DNA of 53,420 nucleotides from an uncultured Desulfohalobiaceae bacterium (GTDB lineage Bacteria; Desulfobacterota; Desulfovibrionia; Desulfovibrionales; Desulfothermaceae): NCBI GenBank assembly GCA_913055815.1, contig CAJXKR010000001.1, positions 1 to 53,420 of the forward strand, read 5' to 3'. Shown piece by piece: positions 49,679 to 53,420 of this stretch (position 1 is its first letter; each line of letters starts with the position of its first letter). The notes under the pieces were generated by a model. It saw only the letters and a program-made list of their open reading frames with translations, ran no database searches and was not told where the DNA came from. The position numbers and the translations under genes were made by a program.

Positions 49679-50377
49679 ATGCTGGAAGAAGTAGTGCCAA
49701 TTCAACAGGAGAGACACGGGAACAAGAAGATAAGACCCCTGGAGAAGTTCGATTTTGCGCGGGACATACATGTGGCTTCCATACTGATAAACGAGTTTTT
49801 CAGGGCGGCTGCTGTTTTTCCCATTGTATTCATCGAGGACCAGGAGGAGGATATGTTCAAGCCGGTTGCCCTTTTGGGGCTGGAACAAAACCAGAACTTG
49901 TTCGTGGATAGCGAAGGCAACTGGAAAGCCTCTTACGTGCCAGCGGTTTTGCAGCGCTATCCCTTTACACTGGCCACTACAGACGAGGAGGACAGATATA
50001 CGGTTTGCGTGGATGAGAACAGCGAGTTGTTGAACGAACAGGAAGGTGAGCCACTTTTTGCAGAAAACGGAGAAGCTGGTGAGGTTCTGGAAAGAGTGAA
50101 GCAGAATTTAAGCGAGCTTCAGCAAATGGAGGATCTCACTCAACAATTCTGCGAAAAGCTAAAGGAGAACAATCTGTTTACCCAGTACAATATGCGCCTG
50201 CGCGAGGGCGAGGGCGTTCGTGACATTACCGGAGCCTACGTAATTAATGAGGACAGGCTGCAAAACGTCTCGGATGATTTTTTCCTGGAACTCAGGAAGC
50301 AGAATTTTTTGCCAGCAATATATGCCCACCTTGTATCCCTGCACCAGATTAACACCCTGGTGGATATGCGCGAATAG
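49679..50377 (+). CDS. SapC-family protein
   Basis: 232 aa with GGAGG upstream. VASILINEFFRAAAVFPIVFIED...ALLGLEQNQNLFVDSEGNWKASYVPAVLQRYPFTLA is the conserved SapC N-terminal core. Confidence 0.85.
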   Translation: MLEEVVPIQQERHGNKKIRPLEKFDFARDIHVASILINEFFRAAAVFPIVFIEDQEEDMFKPVALLGLEQNQNLFVDSEGNWKASYVPAVLQRYPFTLATTDEEDRYTVCVDENSELLNEQEGEPLFAENGEAGEVLERVKQNLSELQQMEDLTQQFCEKLKENNLFTQYNMRLREGEGVRDITGAYVINEDRLQNVSDDFFLELRKQNFLPAIYAHLVSLHQINTLVDMRE

Positions 50378-50499
50378 TAATAATATTCAAACACAATTTC
50401 GGTTAGTGGGGCCTTGGCCCAGAGCAAGTTTCTTGGTTTGAGGGTCGGGCCCAATAAATTTATTCATGGTGCTGAAATTTGTTTCGAGCAATAGTGTAG

Positions 50500-50547
50500 G
50501 TGGTTAATATGGTAACATTTTAAGTGGTTATGTGGTTATGACTTAAG
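50500..50547 (+). repeat. tandem array of six 8-nt units GTGGTTAW (same family as 49485..49532)
   Basis: gtggttaa tatggtaa cattttaa gtggttat gtggttat gacttaag, ~120 nt after the sapC stop and ~65 nt before the TolC-like start. Confidence 0.75.
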
Positions 50548-50610
50548 TAACAGGATGTTTTAGCTAAAATTTTCATGCTTCGATGTGTCCGCCAGGGAAG
50601 GGGAGTTATT

Positions 50611-52239
50611 ATGAAACAAACATATGGCCGAGCAAGAACAAGTTGTAAGGGGACTACATACTGGGGGCTACGTGATTTTCTGCTGTTGATAATCATGATG
50701 GCGATAGTATTGGGTTTGGATCCCACAACCGGTTCTACGTTTGAGATCTCCAGGGGACTGGTTGCGGAAAATGCCAGTGTCCAGGAATACGACTACACTG
50801 AAATTTCAGGGGATACGAAAATCCAGGTATTGGGATTCCAGAATTTCCTGAACCGGGTGGTGAATGAAAACAAACAAATATTCGTAAAGAAACTGGACGT
50901 GCAAATAGCCGGAAAACAAATCCAACAAGAAAAGGCGATATTTGAACCGGTACAAGAACTCTCCTGGGATTATCAAAAGGAAAAGATACCCAATACCGCA
51001 CAACAATATTTCGATCGGAAGGGTCAAAATATATATCACAAAAAGGGGCAGAAATATTCCGCGAGTCTTACACAGTTGCTACCTACCGGTGGAGAGGCGA
51101 AACTGGAATATACCTTTGACAAGGATAACAACGACTTGGTGGAAGACAGGTATGAAATCGATGATAACGAATATTCCGCTTATATGGGGGTGACTATTAC
51201 TCAGCCCTTGCTCAAGGATGCCGGATCCAAAGTAACCCGTTCCCAGATCAAGATAGCCAAGATGAACAAGAAGATTTCCAGGCAAAATTTTAGGCAGAAG
51301 AGACAGCGCGAGTTGTACAGGGCGGTATTATCATACTGGGATTTGTATTCCGCCCAGAGGAGATATTTGTTCCACAGGCAATCCCTGGAGTTGGCGCGCA
51401 AATTGGTGAAAGAGGTCCAGAACTTGATCAAGGGAGGAAAATTGCCGTCCTCTGAAATTTACGACGCTCGCTCCGGGCTGACATTGCGGGAGACCAAGCT
51501 GGAGAAGGCCAAACAACGTTTGTTTAGCACCTCCAACAAGTTGCAGACCTTTTTTTCTTCCCGGGCAAACATGAATGAGCGTATGTATATTACCAATATC
51601 GAGCCACAGGCGGAAGAGAACGGTTTCGATTATACCCGGGCCTTGAACAGGGCCTATCAGAATCGGGCGGAATATCTCAGGGCCAAGAAGAAGGCCAAAA
51701 GGGCGGGTGTTCGCGTGAATTACCGCAAGAACCAAAATCTGCCCAATTTGGACCTGGAAGCGAGTTACGGCTCCAATAGCCTGGAAGTACAACCGGGTAA
51801 AGCACTCTCCAATAGTGTTGAACAAGATTTTCCTGCCTGGAGCGTGGGATTGCGTCTCAGTTTTCCAATTACCGGAGAAAAAAGTCAGAGCAAATTGCTA
51901 ATTGCACGCAAAAAGAAAGAGCAGGCTCGATCTGAGCTCCAGTCCGTCAGGGTGGATATAGTCAATGAAATATCTTCAAATCTGAATAATGTCCAATCCG
52001 GCTTGAAGCAATTGAAAGGCCACAAACAAAATGTCCGGTATAAAAGGAAGCTTTTGAACTCCGAACTCAAAAAATTGCAGGCTGGGAAGAGCTATGTGCG
52101 GCGTCTGTTGCAGAGGGAAAAGGACTTGAATCAGGCGTTGAAACAAAGGCTTCGGGCTAAGGTGGAATATATGAAATCCATTGCCGAGCTCAAGAAAGCG
52201 GAAGGTACAATCGTGGACTATTTTCTTCTGAAGGATTAA
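50611..52239 (+). CDS. TolC-family outer-membrane efflux/secretion protein
   Basis: 542 aa from ATG 50611 (GGGGAG upstream; the track ORF starts at 50575). Two OEP-type repeats (...LPNLDLEASYG..., WSVGLRLSFPITGEKSQSKLLIARKKKEQA...) and long coiled-coil segments. Confidence 0.85.
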   Translation: MKQTYGRARTSCKGTTYWGLRDFLLLIIMMAIVLGLDPTTGSTFEISRGLVAENASVQEYDYTEISGDTKIQVLGFQNFLNRVVNENKQIFVKKLDVQIAGKQIQQEKAIFEPVQELSWDYQKEKIPNTAQQYFDRKGQNIYHKKGQKYSASLTQLLPTGGEAKLEYTFDKDNNDLVEDRYEIDDNEYSAYMGVTITQPLLKDAGSKVTRSQIKIAKMNKKISRQNFRQKRQRELYRAVLSYWDLYSAQRRYLFHRQSLELARKLVKEVQNLIKGGKLPSSEIYDARSGLTLRETKLEKAKQRLFSTSNKLQTFFSSRANMNERMYITNIEPQAEENGFDYTRALNRAYQNRAEYLRAKKKAKRAGVRVNYRKNQNLPNLDLEASYGSNSLEVQPGKALSNSVEQDFPAWSVGLRLSFPITGEKSQSKLLIARKKKEQARSELQSVRVDIVNEISSNLNNVQSGLKQLKGHKQNVRYKRKLLNSELKKLQAGKSYVRRLLQREKDLNQALKQRLRAKVEYMKSIAELKKAEGTIVDYFLLKD

Positions 52240-52396
52240 CATTACAGCTAAACTTTAAGCCTTGCCGGGTGGTCCACTTTTGCTCCAAGTGCTTGGCTTT
52301 GCAAGCCAATCAAGTCGCACAGTGGACAACCCGGCTGCGGCTTAAATAGCTCCAAGTTATACCAGTAGCTTAATACAAAACTTTTGCTGTAATGTT
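52238..52396 (+). repeat. full-length copy of the ~160-nt MITE-like hairpin element
   Basis: AACATTACAGCTAAACTTTAAGCCTTGCCGGGTGGTCCAC...CTTGGCTTTGCAAGCCAA...GTGGACAACCCGGCTGCGGC...CTTAATACAAAACTTTTGCTGTAATGTT. Terminal inverted repeats AACATTACAGC / GCTGTAATGTT. Starts on the TolC stop codon and ends 40 nt before the adaptor gene. Confidence 0.75.
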
Positions 52397-52437
52397 AAAT
52401 TTTTAAAATTAGAATCGCTGTAAAAGGGAGGAAATTG

Positions 52438-53274
52438 ATGCATCAAGCTATTGTTCGGTTTAATATCATGGCTATGATTATTATTTGTGTTGTCATGCCA
52501 GTACCTGCTGCAGTCGCGGATACAGATCCTGCTCAATGGGAAAAAGGGATGACCGAGCCGATTCGGAAAGTGGTGGTTCGGGCCCCGGTTTCGGGTGTGG
52601 TGGACAATATTCCTATAGAGGAAGGGGACGCGGTAAAAAAAGGTCAGTTATTGGTAAGTATGAAAAATGAAATGGAAAAGTTGGATCTGGAGCGTAAGAA
52701 GTTGATGTGGAAGGACAAGACCAGAGTTAATTCCACCAGGGTGAGGGCGAAAATCTTAAAAGAGATGTATAAGAACAATAAGTCCCTATATCAGCAATCC
52801 GGGTCAATTAGTGAAGAAGAATTGAGGAAGTCGGAATTGCAGTACCAAAAGGCCAAATCCCAGTTGAAACGCCTCGAACTTCAGGAAAGAAAAGAGCGTA
52901 TCGAGTACGATATTGCCGTGCAGAGATTGAACAAAAAAAAGATCCGGGCACCGTTTTCCGGCGTGGTTTCCGAAATCGCCGTTGAAACCGGGGCGCACTG
53001 CAAGCCCCATCAAGCCATGCTGCATTTGCTCAATCCGGAGAAGTGCGTTTTGGTATGTAATGTCAAGGGAGCAAAGGCGGCAAAGGTCCAGGTGGGTGAT
53101 AATGTCGAGTTGCAGGTATACTCCGGAGGTGAGTGGTTGGACAAGAAAGGTACCATCGTATACAAGGCCCCAATGGTGCACTCAGCAAGCGGTTTGGTAA
53201 AACTCAAGGCCAGGTTTGACAATGGGAATAATCAAATCATTCCAGGAGTGAAAGGCCGAATGCTTTTGCAGTAG
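52438..53274 (+). CDS. HlyD-family periplasmic adaptor (membrane-fusion protein), short form
   Basis: 278 aa from ATG 52438 (AAGGGAGG 6 nt upstream). N-terminal hydrophobic anchor IMAMIIICVVMPVPAAVA; split lipoyl-like motifs VRAPVSGVVDNIPIEEGDAVKKGQLL and IRAPFSGVVSEIAVETG flanking a ~90-aa coiled coil. Confidence 0.85.
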   Translation: MHQAIVRFNIMAMIIICVVMPVPAAVADTDPAQWEKGMTEPIRKVVVRAPVSGVVDNIPIEEGDAVKKGQLLVSMKNEMEKLDLERKKLMWKDKTRVNSTRVRAKILKEMYKNNKSLYQQSGSISEEELRKSELQYQKAKSQLKRLELQERKERIEYDIAVQRLNKKKIRAPFSGVVSEIAVETGAHCKPHQAMLHLLNPEKCVLVCNVKGAKAAKVQVGDNVELQVYSGGEWLDKKGTIVYKAPMVHSASGLVKLKARFDNGNNQIIPGVKGRMLLQ

Positions 53275-53345
53275 CAACTGTCCAATAACTAGTGCCTGAC
53301 CGAGAATTGTGATTGAACGTAAACTTGCCCATATACAAGGAGTAA

Positions 53346-53395
53346 AAAATTTTGAAACCGCAGTGTATATTAATACATGAGGATTTCAAAATTTT
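53346..53395. repeat. 12-bp perfect inverted repeat with 26-nt spacer
   Basis: AAAATTTTGAAA-ccgcagtgtatattaatacatgagga-TTTCAAAATTTT, 70 nt after the adaptor stop. Entirely A/T-rich arms. Confidence 0.6.
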
Positions 53396-53420
53396 GCAGC
53401 TTTGATGTAGATGGGTGAGT

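Overview
Just over half of this 53.4-kb window (21484..49440, + strand) is one uninterrupted 27,957-nt ORF. It encodes a 9,318-aa mosaic, adhesin-like protein. The protein opens with a LEPR-XLL-type motif (FILEPLEPRLLLSGD) and has no Sec-like signal peptide. It carries dispersed RTX-like nonapeptides near the N-terminus, a very long degenerate beta-helix-type repeat shaft, and a recurring small VYxYxG...DL...DY...W module. It also has a beta/gamma-crystallin + C-type-lectin-like + LamG set of binding domains, five tandem ~95-aa Lys/Asn-rich repeats, a ~190-aa tandem duplication, and a terminal Ig/Fn3-like domain. Directly downstream lie a SapC-family gene, a TolC-family outer-membrane factor and a short HlyD-type periplasmic adaptor. 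The inner-membrane partner is not in the window. I regard this giant protein plus its putative export/anchoring module as the main candidate for an undescribed system. The left half is more ordinary. It holds a minus-strand prkA-yeaH-spoVR cluster followed by a second prkA-like paralog (cut by the window edge and absent from the ORF track), then rpsT and a DUF3786/Fe-S protein. Next come a soluble Cys-rich PAS histidine kinase with a sigma54 enhancer-binding response regulator, and two PilZ/zinc-ribbon paralogs, one preceded by a perfectly spaced sigma54 -24/-12 element. A PHA storage locus follows: a stand-alone 522-aa PhaC-like synthase diverging from receiver-HPr-phaE-phaC-phasin-phasin, then a dodecin gene. 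The intergenic spacers carry repeat families that the genes do not explain. These are a ~160-nt hairpin-forming MITE-like element (3 copies), sense-strand G/T-rich octamer arrays placed shortly after stop codons (4 loci, two with a conserved GC-rich hairpin), and a purine-rich heptamer array abutting the sapC Shine-Dalgarno. No tRNA, rRNA, CRISPR array or intact transposase was seen. All calls come from reading the sequence and ORF track by eye; no searches were run.
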